Of a stretch of DNA of 64,000 bases, positions 38,538 to 49,910 are shown piece after piece. Each line of letters opens with the position of its first letter. Positions within the stretch are counted from its first letter, which is position 1. The position numbers and the translations under genes are program-made. Below the pieces are notes generated by a model. The model saw nothing but the letters and a program-made list of their open reading frames with translations. It was not told the origin of the DNA and ran no database searches. Origin of the DNA: Deltaproteobacteria bacterium (GTDB taxonomy: Bacteria > Myxococcota > Kuafuiibacteriia > Kuafuiibacteriales > Kuafuiibacteriaceae). The stretch covers positions 160,001 to 224,000 of the forward strand of contig JAVJQW010000050.1 of assembly GCA_040218735.1 (NCBI GenBank). The letters run 5' to 3'.

Positions 38538-39394
38538 TGCACATCGGTATCGACTTCGGCGGGACGCGCGTGAAGGCGGGGCTCGTCGACGGTGACCACG
38601 TCGTGCGCCGGGCCTCGGCGGCGACGAAGAAGGACCGCGAGTACCTGCTGGGTTTGGTACCGCGGCTGGTGGCGAAGGTGGACCCCGACCGCGACGCCAC
38701 CGCCTTGGGCATCGGTTTCGCGGGCATGGTCGGCGACGGTCGCATCCTCCACACCACGGACACGATGCCCCCGCTGACCGACTTCCCGCTGGCTTCGTTC
38801 GCGGCGGAGGTGACGGGGCTGCCCTGTGCGATCGACAACGACGGCAACGCCCACGCGCTCGCGGAGGGCACGTTCGGCGTCGGCGCGGGTGCCTCGCTGT
38901 TCGTGATGTTGGTGTTGGGCACCGGGGTGGGCGGCGGGATCCTCTGGGGCGGGCGGCCCTGGCTCGGCGCGGGCTCGATGGCCTCGCACCTCGGGCACAT
39001 CAAGGTGCGTCGCGGCGGGCGTCGCTGCGCGTGCGGCGCGCGCGGATGCGTCGAGGCGTACGCGGCGGCCTACGCGATCGGGGGCGGCGGGCCGGCCAAG
39101 CCGGTCTTCGCGGCGGCGCGCGCGGGGCATGACGACGCCACGCGAACCGTGGCCGAAGCGGCCGACGCCATCGGGGCGGCCTGCGCGAACCTGACGAACA
39201 TCCTGAACCCGGACGTCATCGCGATCGGCGGCGGAATGACACGCGCCTGGTCACAGCTGTGGCCGGGGATCTCGGCCGCCTACGCACGCGATGCGCTGGC
39301 GAGGGGGCACGCGAGCTCCCCGGTGGTGCGTGCGCGGCTGGGGAACGACGCGGGGATCGTCGGCGCGGCGTTGTTGGGAGCGCATTTGGGGTGA
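38537..39394 (+). CDS. ROK family sugar kinase
   Basis: GIDFGGT, DNDGN, LGTGVGGG, GH...CACGARGCVE zinc site. Confidence 0.93.
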   Translation: MHIGIDFGGTRVKAGLVDGDHVVRRASAATKKDREYLLGLVPRLVAKVDPDRDATALGIGFAGMVGDGRILHTTDTMPPLTDFPLASFAAEVTGLPCAIDNDGNAHALAEGTFGVGAGASLFVMLVLGTGVGGGILWGGRPWLGAGSMASHLGHIKVRRGGRRCACGARGCVEAYAAAYAIGGGGPAKPVFAAARAGHDDATRTVAEAADAIGAACANLTNILNPDVIAIGGGMTRAWSQLWPGISAAYARDALARGHASSPVVRARLGNDAGIVGAALLGAHLG

Positions 39395-39426
39395 CGGAAC
39401 CGGCGCGAACCGGCCACTCAGCCGGC

Positions 39427-40740
39427 ATGCGAACGTGGTGGTACCTGCTCCTGGTCGCCGGATTCGCCTGTGGTGAAGACAAAGGCCCCGCGCCGGTCGA
39501 AGCGCCGCGCATCGCCGTGGAGCCCACCCGAATCGACTTCGGTCGGGTCGACGTCGGCGCGGGAGAGGCCCGCGAGCTCGTGCTCACGAACCTGAGCGGC
39601 GTGGAGGCGCCCGTCGTGGTGACCGTGCCGGCGTCGTTCGAAGGACAGCTCCCCACGCAGGTCGTCCTCGAGCCCGAGGAGCGCCGAACGTTGACGCTCA
39701 CGTACGCACCGACCGAACCCGGCGAGACGCTGGACGACAGCGTCACCTTCGAGTGCGCGGCGCCCGCCACGTGCTCGGCCTCGGTCGTGTTGGCGGGAGA
39801 GGCGAACGCGGGGGGACGGTTGCAGCTCGTCGCGGAGCGCGTCGACTTCACGCTGCTGGCGGTGGGCCTCGCGCGGACGCGCTCGGTGCTGATGACGAAC
39901 GTCGGCGACGCACCGCTGTCGATCGACGTCGCGCTCACGGGCGACGAGGTGTTCTCGGTCGACGCGTCGTCGGTGTCCTTGGCGCCCGGAGAAGCCGACT
40001 TCGTGAACGTGTCCTTCGCGCCCGACGCGGTCGGCCCGAACGCCGCGCGTCTCGTGTTCACGGCGGGCGACGACGTCCAGGAGCTGGTGCTCGCCGGTGA
40101 GGGTGTCGGCAAGGACCACTGCGTCTACGCGACGGTGCCGCCGTCGCTGAGCTTCGGCGTGGTCATCGCGGGCCGACCGCTGCGCACCACGATCGAGATC
40201 TCCAACGAAGGCGACCTGGCGTGCCACGTCGCCTTCGAGACGTCCGGCGAGGTCATCGAGATCGAGCTGGAGCAGCAGGTCATGGAGCTCGCCCCGGGTG
40301 CGTCGATGTCGATCGTGATGGTCGTGGGCGTGGCGTGCGTGGGATGCGAGGGCACGCTCAGCGCCTACGTCAACGGTGAGCTCGCCGAAGAGATCCACGC
40401 CGTGGGCTCGACGCCGACCGCCGACGGCAACCTGATCCTCCCCACCGAGATCGACTTCGGAGAGGTCTGCGCGGGCGGCACGCCGCGCGGGCGCCAGGTG
40501 ACCGTCTACAACACGAGCGTCTACACCAAGACGATCGCGAGCGTGGCGCTGAAGAGCGGCGAAGACTTCGGCGTCGTGGCGCCGCCGCTCCCGACGACGC
40601 TCGTGCCCGGTGAAGCGATGATCTTCGGCGTCGAGTTCAGCCCGTCCCGAACGGGTGAAACGGTCGGCGTCGTCGAGGTCGTCCTCGAGAGCGGCGAATC
40701 GTACTTCGTCACGCTCCAGGGCGTCGGCGAAAGCTGCTAA
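39427..40740 (+). CDS. Lipoprotein with tandem ASH/choice-of-anchor-D Ig-like domains
   Basis: Lipobox GFAC; four repeats of (I/V/L)DFG.V......L.N.G...L.PG....V.F.P. Confidence 0.85.
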   Translation: MRTWWYLLLVAGFACGEDKGPAPVEAPRIAVEPTRIDFGRVDVGAGEARELVLTNLSGVEAPVVVTVPASFEGQLPTQVVLEPEERRTLTLTYAPTEPGETLDDSVTFECAAPATCSASVVLAGEANAGGRLQLVAERVDFTLLAVGLARTRSVLMTNVGDAPLSIDVALTGDEVFSVDASSVSLAPGEADFVNVSFAPDAVGPNAARLVFTAGDDVQELVLAGEGVGKDHCVYATVPPSLSFGVVIAGRPLRTTIEISNEGDLACHVAFETSGEVIEIELEQQVMELAPGASMSIVMVVGVACVGCEGTLSAYVNGELAEEIHAVGSTPTADGNLILPTEIDFGEVCAGGTPRGRQVTVYNTSVYTKTIASVALKSGEDFGVVAPPLPTTLVPGEAMIFGVEFSPSRTGETVGVVEVVLESGESYFVTLQGVGESC

Positions 40741-40856
40741 GGCACCGTCGGCATCTCGACACCCCGACTCGACGTCGCGTCGTTCCATTCGTGAACAGCG
40801 AGACGTTCTCGCCTCACGAACGTTCCGCTCTTGTCGACTCACCCTGGGGAAGGCCC

Positions 40857-42920
40857 ATGCCCGCCCCGCTCCAGAACCGTCGCATCCTGATCGTCGACGA
40901 CAACCCGGAGATTCACGAGGACATCCGGAAGGTGCTCGCAACCGCCCCCGGCAAGGGCGACATCGACAGCCTCGAGCGCGACCTGTTCGGCGACGACGAC
41001 GACGCTGACCACGGCACCATCGACTACCAGATCGACTCCGCGTTCCAAGGGCGCGACGCCCTGCGGCTCGTCGAGGCCGCGATCCGCGACGAACGTCCGT
41101 ACGCCCTGGTCTTCATGGACATGCGCATGCCCCCGGGCTGGTCGGGGCTCGAGACCATCCAACACGTCTGGCGAGCCGCGCCCGAGCTCGAGCTCGTCAT
41201 CTGCACGGCCTACTCGGACTACTCGTGGCAGGAGATCTCTCAGACGCTCGGGACCTCCGACCAGCTGCTGCTCCTCAAGAAACCCTTCGACCCGGTCGAG
41301 GTTCAACAGCTCGCGCTCGCGCTCACGACGAAGTGGGATCTCGGCGAGCGCGTCCGCGACCACGTCGCCTCACTCGAGCGTCAGGTCGAGGAGCGCACCC
41401 GCGCGCTGCAAAAGGCCCTCGAAGCCGCGCAGTCCGCGAACCGCGCCAAGTCCGAGTTCCTTGCGAACATGAGCCACGAGATCCGGACACCGATGAACGG
41501 CGTGATCGGTGCGCTCGAGCTCATGGAGCTCGACGGCCTGTCCGAAGACCAGACGTCGCTCGTCGACACCGCGCGGCGCTCCGCGAACATCCTCCTCGAC
41601 CTCGTCAACGACGTGCTCGATTTCTCCAAGATCGAAGCCGGGCACCTCGTCCTCGAGTCGGCGTCGTTCGATATCGAAGAGACGATCTCGAGGGTGGTCC
41701 GAGGTTTCGCCGAGGTCGCCAGCACGAAGGGTGTCGACCTCAAGGTCGTGGTCTCCGACCGCGTCCCGCGGCGCGCGATCTCGGACTCACGGCGCCTCTC
41801 GCAGATCGTCCTCAACCTCGTCGGCAACGCGCTCAAGTTCACCTCCGAGGGGTTCGTTCGGGTCGACGTCGACGCGACGCCCGCCCTGAACGGCCTCACC
41901 CTCGCCGTCCGCGTCGAGGACACGGGCATCGGCATCGCCCCGGATCGCCTCGAAGACGTGTTCAACAAGTTCACGCAGGCGGACAGCTCCACGACGCGTC
42001 GGTTCGGAGGTACGGGGCTGGGCCTCGCCATCACGCGGCAGCTCGCCTCGCTGATGGGCGGGAGCCTGACGGCCGAGAGTGAAGTCGGGCGCGGGTCGGC
42101 GTTCCTCGCGCAGATCGAAGTCGGCGTGGACGCGACGAAGCCGGCACGCCCGCGGTGGCGCCGCGTCGTCGTGCTCGACGACGACGCCGTCGACCGCGAC
42201 GCGTTCACGACGCTCCTCGCGCCGCTCGCAAACGAGGTCGTGACGTCGGCGGTCCAAGAGATCGACGCGGCCGTGCTCGCGTCGAGCGACCTCGTGATCG
42301 TGGACTTCGAGTCGGCGACCTCGCACCCGGACGTGGTCGCCCGCGTCGATGTGTCCCGGCACGCGTGGACCGGACACCGCAGCGATCGCGCACGGCGCCA
42401 CGATCTCTTCGCGGACCGCGCCGCCCTTCCTTGGCTCGACAAGCCCCTCATGCGCAGCGATCTGGAGGCGCTCGGGGCGCGATCGGCGGCGCACGTCGAT
42501 GTGTCTTCGACGCGCACGACACGACCTCGCGTGCTCCTCGCCGAGGACAACGCCGTCAACTCGATGGTCGCGCGGCGGATGTTGGAGCTGCTCGCGTGCG
42601 ACGTCGAGCACGCCGAGGACGGCGTGGAGGCCGTCGAGGCCGTCCGGACCCGGCACTACGACCTCGTGTTGATGGACTGCCAGATGCCGAACATGGACGG
42701 CTTCGAGGCGACCGCGCGCATTCGCGAGCTCTTCGGTCGAGACGACCTCCCGATCGTCGCGCTGACGGCCAACGCGACGACAAGCGACCACCAACGGTGC
42801 CTCGACGCCGGGATGAACGACGTCATCGTCAAACCCGTCACGCGCCAACAGATCGCCGACGCCGTGGGCCGAGCCCTCCCGCCGGAACGCGAGGACCCCG
42901 ATGAAAAAATCAGCGCCTGA
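40857..42920 (+). CDS. Hybrid histidine kinase REC-HisKA-HATPase-(degenerate REC)-REC
   Basis: [52 protein letters not shown]. Confidence 0.93.
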   Translation: MPAPLQNRRILIVDDNPEIHEDIRKVLATAPGKGDIDSLERDLFGDDDDADHGTIDYQIDSAFQGRDALRLVEAAIRDERPYALVFMDMRMPPGWSGLETIQHVWRAAPELELVICTAYSDYSWQEISQTLGTSDQLLLLKKPFDPVEVQQLALALTTKWDLGERVRDHVASLERQVEERTRALQKALEAAQSANRAKSEFLANMSHEIRTPMNGVIGALELMELDGLSEDQTSLVDTARRSANILLDLVNDVLDFSKIEAGHLVLESASFDIEETISRVVRGFAEVASTKGVDLKVVVSDRVPRRAISDSRRLSQIVLNLVGNALKFTSEGFVRVDVDATPALNGLTLAVRVEDTGIGIAPDRLEDVFNKFTQADSSTTRRFGGTGLGLAITRQLASLMGGSLTAESEVGRGSAFLAQIEVGVDATKPARPRWRRVVVLDDDAVDRDAFTTLLAPLANEVVTSAVQEIDAAVLASSDLVIVDFESATSHPDVVARVDVSRHAWTGHRSDRARRHDLFADRAALPWLDKPLMRSDLEALGARSAAHVDVSSTRTTRPRVLLAEDNAVNSMVARRMLELLACDVEHAEDGVEAVEAVRTRHYDLVLMDCQMPNMDGFEATARIRELFGRDDLPIVALTANATTSDHQRCLDAGMNDVIVKPVTRQQIADAVGRALPPEREDPDEKISA

Positions 42921-45900
42921 GACTCTGCGCCAACGCCTGGAGCGCGAACCCATGTCGACCGTCGAGGCGGTCGAGACGGCGCGCGCCGTGGCGGTCGAGC
43001 TCGGTGTCATCCATCAATCGGGCCGAATCGCCCGCTGTGTTTCGCCCGACCACGTCAAGCTCGAGAGCGCTGGCGTGATCGGTGGGTTGGATGGTCACGC
43101 GTGGTCCACGGAGTCTCCGGATCCGACCGAGCTCGCCTACATGGCGCCCGAGGACACCGGACGCACCGACCAAGAGCGTGACCACCGCGCCGACCTCTAC
43201 GCGCTGGGCGTCACGCTCTACGAGCTGCTGACGGGACACGTCCCCTTCTCGACTCGAGATCCGCTGGAGCTGATCCACCAGCACCTCGCCGTCGTCCCCG
43301 CGGCGCCGCACGTCGTCGACGCGCGGGTCCCTCGGATCATCTCGAACATCACGATGCGCCTCCTGGAGAAGGCCCCGGAGGACCGATACCAGACCGCCGA
43401 CGGTGTCGCAGCGGACCTCGCCCGCTGCGCCGCGGGTCTGCGCCGCAAAGACACGACGCCGTTCGAGCTCGCGAGCAACGAACGTCCCCCCGTACTCACC
43501 TTCCCCTCGCGGCTCTACGGCCGCGACGACGCCACGGACCAACTCACCGACACCTTCGAGAGAACGGTGCGCCGCGGTGGCGTGACCATCACCCTCGTCG
43601 CCGGAGGTGCGGGCGTCGGTAAGACCTCGTTCGTCGGTCAGCTGCTCCCCAAGACGCTCGAACACGGCGGATATTTCGCAGACGGTAAGTTCGAGCAACT
43701 CGAGAGCACCGCGCCCTATCTCGCGATCACGCGCGCATTCCGTCGACTCGTTCGTAGGTTCCTCACCGAAGACGACGCGAGCGCCGAGCGCTGGCGCCGC
43801 TACATGGAAAGTGAGTTGGGCGCCTCGGCCGACGTACTCACCATGGTGGTCCCGGAGCTCGAGGCGCTCGTCGGGCCACGCCCGCCGCTTCCTCGCGTCG
43901 GTCCTCAGGAGTCTCGCGCACGCTTCCGCTTCGCCTTCCAGCGACTCACGCGCGCGCTCGCGCGTCGGGAGCACCCGCTCGTCCTCTTCCTCGACGACCT
44001 CCAGTGGGCCGACAGCGCGAGCCTCGACGTCCTCAGTCATATCGCCGAGGACGACGAGATCGAGTGCCTCCACCTGGTGCAGGCGTACCGCGACGACGAG
44101 ATCGACGCCGCGCACCCCTTCAGCCAAACGCTGGAGGACCAGCGTCGCTGCGCCGTACCCATCGACCGCATCGTGCTCTCGCCGTTCGAAGTCTCGGCCG
44201 TCCAAGACCTCTTGCGCGACGTCCTGAATCTTCGGCCCTCCGAAGTCAGATCGCTCGCCGAGCAAGTCACCCTCAAGACCGGCGGTAACCCATTCTTCGT
44301 CAGGCAGCTCGTCTCCCGCCTCTACGACGAACGCGTCATCGACCACGCCAATGGTCGGTTCTTCCTCGACGAGGGGCGCGTCACCGACTCCGGCGAGACG
44401 ATCGACGTCCTGGACGTCGTCGCCCAACGCATCGCGCAGCTCCCAGCATCGACCCGCAGGGTCCTCTGCGTCGGCGCCGCGTTGGGGAGCCGATTCCGGA
44501 CGGCACTTGTCGCGCGGATCTGCGACGTCCCGTTCGCCGAGGTCAGCGCGGCCTGCGAGATCGCGCAGCGTGAGGAGCTCGTGAGGCGCGACGACGGCGA
44601 GGACGACGTCTTCGCGTTCGTCCACGACCGCGTCCAGCAGAGCTGCTACGAATCACTACCGCACGACGAACGTGGACCGCTGCACGTCGCGATCGCTCGC
44701 GCGCTGCTGTCGAGGAACGACGACGAGGAGCCGCAACGCATCTTCAAGGTCGCCGACCACGTGCGACGCGGCCGCGAAGCCATCGCCGACGCCGACCGGA
44801 AGGACCTCGTCGAAGTCCTCCTCGAGGCGGCAGCGCTCGCGCGCGCGACGACGGCGCTCGCGGCGACCCGCGAGTACCTGGAGACCGCGCTCGAGTTCAT
44901 GGGCGATGAGACGTGGACGACCCACGCCGCGCTCGCGTGGGAAGCGACGTTCGACCTCGCCGAAGTCATCGCGCTCGCGAACGAGCCCGAGCAGTCGTTT
45001 GCGCTCGTGGCCGGGCTGGAGACGAAGTCGGCGGACCCGATGCAACGCGCGCGACTGCTCGAGCTGAAGACGCGCATCTTCTGTGGCCTCGGTGATCTCC
45101 GCGTGGCGCTCGACTCCGCGCTCGAGGCGGCGAGCATCCTCGGGATGACCATCCCCACCGACGGCGACGCGATCGGCGCGCGGATCGGCTTCTGCGTCGG
45201 CTCCATCATGGAGCGCACCGCCGACGCGGACGACCTCCTCGACCGCCCGTTCAGAGGCGACGACCGCGTGGAGCTGTTGATGCACATTCTGATGGGTGCT
45301 GCACCGGCCGCCTTCCAGGTCGATCCCAAGCTCCTCGCGCTCATCTGCGCGGAGCTGGTGATGCTCACCCTCGAACACGGCAACTGCCCGGTGTCGGCCT
45401 ACGCGTACGGAGCGTTCGGCTGCGCGTTGGCCGCGGGGCCGCGCGACTTCGCGAACGCCTACCGCTTCGGGAAGATCGGCTACGACCTCAACCGAAAGCT
45501 CGGCGACATCCCGCTGAGGCCCGCGAGCCACTTCATCCACGCCGCGTTCTGCTCACCGTGGCAGGACCCGATGGACTTCGGCATCGAGCTGTTCCCGCAG
45601 GTCGTCGCGGTGGGCCTCGAAGCGGGCGACCTGATTCACGCGAGTTACTCGGCCTGCACCACGGTCGAGCGCCAGATCCACATGGGTCGACGCCTGCAGA
45701 CGATCGAGGCGGACGAAGTCCGGTGCGCGACGTTCCTGGAACGCACCGGCGACCTCAACACCATGGAGTTCCTGCGGGCGAACCGACAATTCGCACGTTC
45801 GATGCGCGGCGAGCTCCCCTCCAACGCGACGCTCGACGGACCGGACTTCTCCGAGGACGCGTTCGAGGCGGCCTGCGAGGAGTCGGGGAACTTCACGCAC

Positions 45901-47913
45901 CGGAGCCTCCTCGAGATCGCGCGCATGAAACACCGGTACATCTTTGGCCGGTTCGACGAGGCATTTCGGTTCGCCCAAGCGGCCGATCGCCACCCCTCCG
46001 GCCGCGCCGGGTTCGCGGAGGACTTCGATCGTTTGGTCTTCGGCGCGCTCGCACACGCGCGGTTGTGGGCCGACGCGGACGCCGACGAACGCGCCGCCAT
46101 TCGGCAACGACTCGCGGACGCGCTCCGGGAGGTCAGCGTCGTCGCCGAGCTGAACCCGAACACCTTCGGCTGCTTTCACGAGCTGCTCCTCGGCGAACAG
46201 CAGATCCTCGAAGAGCACCCCTACGAGGCGCAGCGTCACCTCGACCGCGCCGCTCGCCTCGCCGCCGACCACGGCCGCTTGCACCTCGCCGCGATCGCCC
46301 GCGAACGCGCCGCGCGCTGCTGGCAGGACCGCGGTCGCACCGACCTGTTCGAGTCCTATCTACGCGCAGCGCAGCGTTCGTTCGAACGATGGGGCGCCAC
46401 CGCGAAGGTCGACGCGCTCGAAGCGGAGATCCGCGCGGAGTTCGGAACACGCGTCGGCGCGCAGCCGATGGACCTCGCGTCCCTCGACCTCGGCGCCGTC
46501 CTGCAGGGCGCCCAGGCGATCGCGACGGAGCTCGACCCGGACAAGCTCGCGTTGGAGATCCTCACGCTGGTCACGCGCAGCGTCGGGGCGACGACCGGGG
46601 CGCTCCTCTTGCGGGACGACGACGGCGAGCTCGTCGTCTCTTCGCGGGTAGGTTCTCACGACGAAGCGGCGCGCCCCGCCGGGACCGCGGCGACCCGCAT
46701 CCCCGAGCGTATCGTCCGCTACGCCACGCGGATGAAGGAGACCCTGGTGCTCCAGAACCCGGCCGACAGCGATCGTTTCCGGGACGATCCCCACGTCGCC
46801 GCGACGCGCCCCAAGTCGATCCTCTGCGCGCCGTTCTACCTCCACGACCGACTCGAAGGTGTCCTCTACGCGGAGAACGACAAGGTCGGCGCGTCGTTCA
46901 CGCCGGAGCGGCTCGCGGCGTTGGAGATCCTCCTGTCGCAGGCGTCGGTGTCCGTGAACAACGCGCGGCTGTTCGCGACCCAGCGCCGTCAGGCGGAGGA
47001 GCTCGCGCAGTACCAAGACCGGCTCGAGGTCCTCGTCGAAGAACGGACACGACAGCTCCAAGAGGTGCAGCGGCAGCTCGTCGACGCGTCACGCGAGGCG
47101 GGCATGGCGGAGGTCGCGACGAGTGTTCTGCACGACGTCGGCAACGTGCTCAACAGCGTCAACGTCGGGGTCCACACGATCCGTGATCGACTGCAGCAGC
47201 TTCGGGTCGACGGCTTCGAACGGGCGATCGGGATGTTCGAGACCGACGCCGAGCTCGCGGCGGTGATCTCGGGCGCGGCGAAGGGCCCCAAGCTCGTCGA
47301 GTACCTCGGGCGCCTCACGGGCCAACTCGAATCGGACCGCGACGCCCTCGCCCACGAGGCCGAGCAGCTCGTCGGCCGCGTCGACCACATCAAGACCGCG
47401 ATCAACAAACAGCAACACCACGCGCGCACCGTCGGTTTCGCCGAGCCGTGTGACCTGCGGTCGCTGCTGGTGGAGTCGGCGAACCTCTTCGAGTCGAGCT
47501 ATCGCGCCAACGCGATCGAGCTCGAAGTGCAGTGCGAGACGACCCACGTCGAAGTCGACCGCGCGCGGATCCTCCGCATCATCGCCAATCTCCTGAGCAA
47601 CGCGGAGGACGCGCTGCTGACCAAGGAGGACGGCCCGCGACGCGTCGTGCTGCGCGCCTCCGTCGAGGACGGCCGCATCGTGCTCGTCGTCGACGACAAC
47701 GGCCCGGGGATCCAGAGCGGCGCGCTCGAGAAGATCTTCGGCCACGGCTACACCACGCGCGAGCACGGCCACGGTTTCGGGCTGCACGACTCCTGCAACG
47801 CCGCCCGCGCGATGGGCGGCTCACTCGTCGCGGCGAGCGAAGGCCGAGGCCGCGGCGCGAGCTTCACGCTCGAGATCCCCGCCGAGCCTACGGCGAACGC
47901 CGCGCGAGCGTGA
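42901..47913 (+). CDS. Multidomain sensor: truncated Ser/Thr kinase-AAA ATPase-helical-GAF-His kinase
   Basis: [37 protein letters not shown] ([15 protein letters not shown]), [15 protein letters not shown]. Confidence 0.92.
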   Translation: MKKSAPETLRQRLEREPMSTVEAVETARAVAVELGVIHQSGRIARCVSPDHVKLESAGVIGGLDGHAWSTESPDPTELAYMAPEDTGRTDQERDHRADLYALGVTLYELLTGHVPFSTRDPLELIHQHLAVVPAAPHVVDARVPRIISNITMRLLEKAPEDRYQTADGVAADLARCAAGLRRKDTTPFELASNERPPVLTFPSRLYGRDDATDQLTDTFERTVRRGGVTITLVAGGAGVGKTSFVGQLLPKTLEHGGYFADGKFEQLESTAPYLAITRAFRRLVRRFLTEDDASAERWRRYMESELGASADVLTMVVPELEALVGPRPPLPRVGPQESRARFRFAFQRLTRALARREHPLVLFLDDLQWADSASLDVLSHIAEDDEIECLHLVQAYRDDEIDAAHPFSQTLEDQRRCAVPIDRIVLSPFEVSAVQDLLRDVLNLRPSEVRSLAEQVTLKTGGNPFFVRQLVSRLYDERVIDHANGRFFLDEGRVTDSGETIDVLDVVAQRIAQLPASTRRVLCVGAALGSRFRTALVARICDVPFAEVSAACEIAQREELVRRDDGEDDVFAFVHDRVQQSCYESLPHDERGPLHVAIARALLSRNDDEEPQRIFKVADHVRRGREAIADADRKDLVEVLLEAAALARATTALAATREYLETALEFMGDETWTTHAALAWEATFDLAEVIALANEPEQSFALVAGLETKSADPMQRARLLELKTRIFCGLGDLRVALDSALEAASILGMTIPTDGDAIGARIGFCVGSIMERTADADDLLDRPFRGDDRVELLMHILMGAAPAAFQVDPKLLALICAELVMLTLEHGNCPVSAYAYGAFGCALAAGPRDFANAYRFGKIGYDLNRKLGDIPLRPASHFIHAAFCSPWQDPMDFGIELFPQVVAVGLEAGDLIHASYSACTTVERQIHMGRRLQTIEADEVRCATFLERTGDLNTMEFLRANRQFARSMRGELPSNATLDGPDFSEDAFEAACEESGNFTHRSLLEIARMKHRYIFGRFDEAFRFAQAADRHPSGRAGFAEDFDRLVFGALAHARLWADADADERAAIRQRLADALREVSVVAELNPNTFGCFHELLLGEQQILEEHPYEAQRHLDRAARLAADHGRLHLAAIARERAARCWQDRGRTDLFESYLRAAQRSFERWGATAKVDALEAEIRAEFGTRVGAQPMDLASLDLGAVLQGAQAIATELDPDKLALEILTLVTRSVGATTGALLLRDDDGELVVSSRVGSHDEAARPAGTAATRIPERIVRYATRMKETLVLQNPADSDRFRDDPHVAATRPKSILCAPFYLHDRLEGVLYAENDKVGASFTPERLAALEILLSQASVSVNNARLFATQRRQAEELAQYQDRLEVLVEERTRQLQEVQRQLVDASREAGMAEVATSVLHDVGNVLNSVNVGVHTIRDRLQQLRVDGFERAIGMFETDAELAAVISGAAKGPKLVEYLGRLTGQLESDRDALAHEAEQLVGRVDHIKTAINKQQHHARTVGFAEPCDLRSLLVESANLFESSYRANAIELEVQCETTHVEVDRARILRIIANLLSNAEDALLTKEDGPRRVVLRASVEDGRIVLVVDDNGPGIQSGALEKIFGHGYTTREHGHGFGLHDSCNAARAMGGSLVAASEGRGRGASFTLEIPAEPTANAARA

Positions 47914-49132
47914 GCACCGTCTCCACGTGGCGCGTGTGCGGGAACAGGTCCACGGGCGTCACGCGCTCGATCGCCCCTGGCCACGCGGCGACGTCGCGCG
48001 CGAGGGTGTCCGGGTTGCAGCTCACGTAGACCAAGCGCTCCCACGACGCGTTCGCGATGGCCTCGCGCACGCGATCGGAGACGCCCTTGCGGGGTGGGTT
48101 CACGACGACGATCGGGGCGCCCAGCACGTCGAGGTGATCCTCGACCGCGCCGCAGCGCGCGTCCAACGAACCCTCGACCGAGGATCGCGCCGCGGTCACC
48201 GCTGCCGTACTCATCTCCACGCTCACGACGCGTGAAGCGCCCGCGGCCAGCAACGCGCCCGACAACCCACCCGAGCCGGCGTACAGCTCCGCGACCGCGC
48301 GCCCCGCGGGCCGCGCGCCGGCCACCGCGACCTCGTACAGACGCGCCGCGCCCAGCGGGTTGATCTGATTGAACGCGCCCGGCTCGATCGCTTGCGACAC
48401 CACGCCGATCTGCTCCACCACCGGCCCCGCGTCGTGCACGATCCGCATCGGGCCCGACCCGAGCAACGCGTTTCCCGGATCGTCATTCACGTGGTGGGCG
48501 ATCCGCGACGCGACCTTCGACAGCTCCGCGACGACGGCGTCGAGCCCCGGGGCGTCGGCCGTGTGGGTCACCAAGGTCACCACCGCCGCGCCCGAATCCA
48601 GCGACGCCCGCACGATCACGTAGCGAAGATCCAAGGACGCGGGCCCGCGGACGATCGTACGGAGCGCCGACACCACGCGCTCCACCTCGGGCGCGTGCAC
48701 GAGGCACCCGTCCATGTCGACGACGTCGTGCGTGCGCGGTCGGTAGGAGCCGAGCACCCGATCCGGGCCGACCACCAACTTCGCCAACGCGCGGTACCCA
48801 TCCGAGCGCGGCGACGGCACGACGGGATCGACCCGAGACAAACCCAACGCGTCCGCGACGCGCTGGCGTTTGAACGTGTGCTGCGCCTCGATCGACACGT
48901 GTAGAAAATCGCACCCGCCGCACACGAGGAACTGCGCGCACCGCGCGTCGACCCGGGACGCGCTCGGCGACACCACGTTCGACACCACACCGAACGAGGT
49001 CCCGTCGCGGCGGGTGTGCTCGACGTCGACGTCGACGACCTCCCCCGCCCAACCGCCGCGCGCGAACACACGTCCGTCGGCGTCGACCGCGGATCCTTTG
49101 GCGTCGACCCGACTCAGGTGCGCGCGGATCAC
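47888..49132 (-). CDS. TRAM-domain RNA m5U methyltransferase (RlmD/TrmA family)
   Basis: C..F..CGGC Fe-S motif, FNQIN, ELYAGSG, NPPRKG, YVSCNP, DLFPHTRHVE. Confidence 0.9.
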   Translation of the reverse strand: MIRAHLSRVDAKGSAVDADGRVFARGGWAGEVVDVDVEHTRRDGTSFGVVSNVVSPSASRVDARCAQFLVCGGCDFLHVSIEAQHTFKRQRVADALGLSRVDPVVPSPRSDGYRALAKLVVGPDRVLGSYRPRTHDVVDMDGCLVHAPEVERVVSALRTIVRGPASLDLRYVIVRASLDSGAAVVTLVTHTADAPGLDAVVAELSKVASRIAHHVNDDPGNALLGSGPMRIVHDAGPVVEQIGVVSQAIEPGAFNQINPLGAARLYEVAVAGARPAGRAVAELYAGSGGLSGALLAAGASRVVSVEMSTAAVTAARSSVEGSLDARCGAVEDHLDVLGAPIVVVNPPRKGVSDRVREAIANASWERLVYVSCNPDTLARDVAAWPGAIERVTPVDLFPHTRHVETVLTLARRSP

Positions 49133-49797
49133 GATCCGACGCCGACCCAGATGGAGCCGTCGGTGCGGATCTCCTTCTTCCAGATCGGCACGTCCTGCTT
49201 GAGGCGCTCGATGACGTGGCGGCACCCGTCGAACGCGTCGGCGCGGTGCGGCGTCGCCACCGCGATCACCACCGAGACTTCGCCGACCGCGAGCCGACCG
49301 ATCCGGTGGAGGATCGCGACGCGCGCGCCGTCGTACTTGTCCGCGACCTCGCCGCCGATCTTGCGCAGGTACTTCTCCGCCATCTCGACGTACGCCTCGT
49401 ATTCGAGCGCCGACACCTGGTGCGGCCCGGTGTGATCGCGCACCGCCCCGGCGAACCCGCAGACCGCCCCCGCGCCGCCATGACGCACTGCGCGCTCCAC
49501 CTCGTCGATGGAGATCGGGGTTTCGCGGACTTCGAAGGGCCCCTGACCGGAGCCGCCCGAGACCGGCGGGATGAGCGCGACGTCGCTCCCTTCCACGATC
49601 GACGTGGATGGCGTCGCAAACGCTTCATCGACGGCGACGCGCACGATCTTCAGGTAGGGCGCGAGCGCGGGGTGCTGCGCGGCGATCGCTTCCAACAGCC
49701 CCTCGGTCGAAGCCGCGTCCCCCGAAAGCTCCACCTCGATGCGGTCCGCGCCGGCCTTCTCACGGAGGACGGCAAACAATCGGACCTGCAGGCGCAT
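49129..49797 (-). CDS. moaE: Fused molybdopterin synthase MoaD-MoaE (MoaX-like)
   Basis: Ubiquitin-like VRLFAVLRE...ALIPPVSGG followed in frame by MoaE (LEYEAY, HRIG, LKQDVPIWKKE). Confidence 0.92.
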   Translation of the reverse strand: MRLQVRLFAVLREKAGADRIEVELSGDAASTEGLLEAIAAQHPALAPYLKIVRVAVDEAFATPSTSIVEGSDVALIPPVSGGSGQGPFEVRETPISIDEVERAVRHGGAGAVCGFAGAVRDHTGPHQVSALEYEAYVEMAEKYLRKIGGEVADKYDGARVAILHRIGRLAVGEVSVVIAVATPHRADAFDGCRHVIERLKQDVPIWKKEIRTDGSIWVGVGS

Positions 49798-49910
49798 ACG
49801 GGTTGAAACGTTCAATTTGCGGGTTGTAGAGTCAACCGCGCTGAAAAAGTCGGATCGATTTCGACCGGCGCGCCCATTCAACCGGGTAGGAAGGCCTCCA
49901 GTAGATCCCC

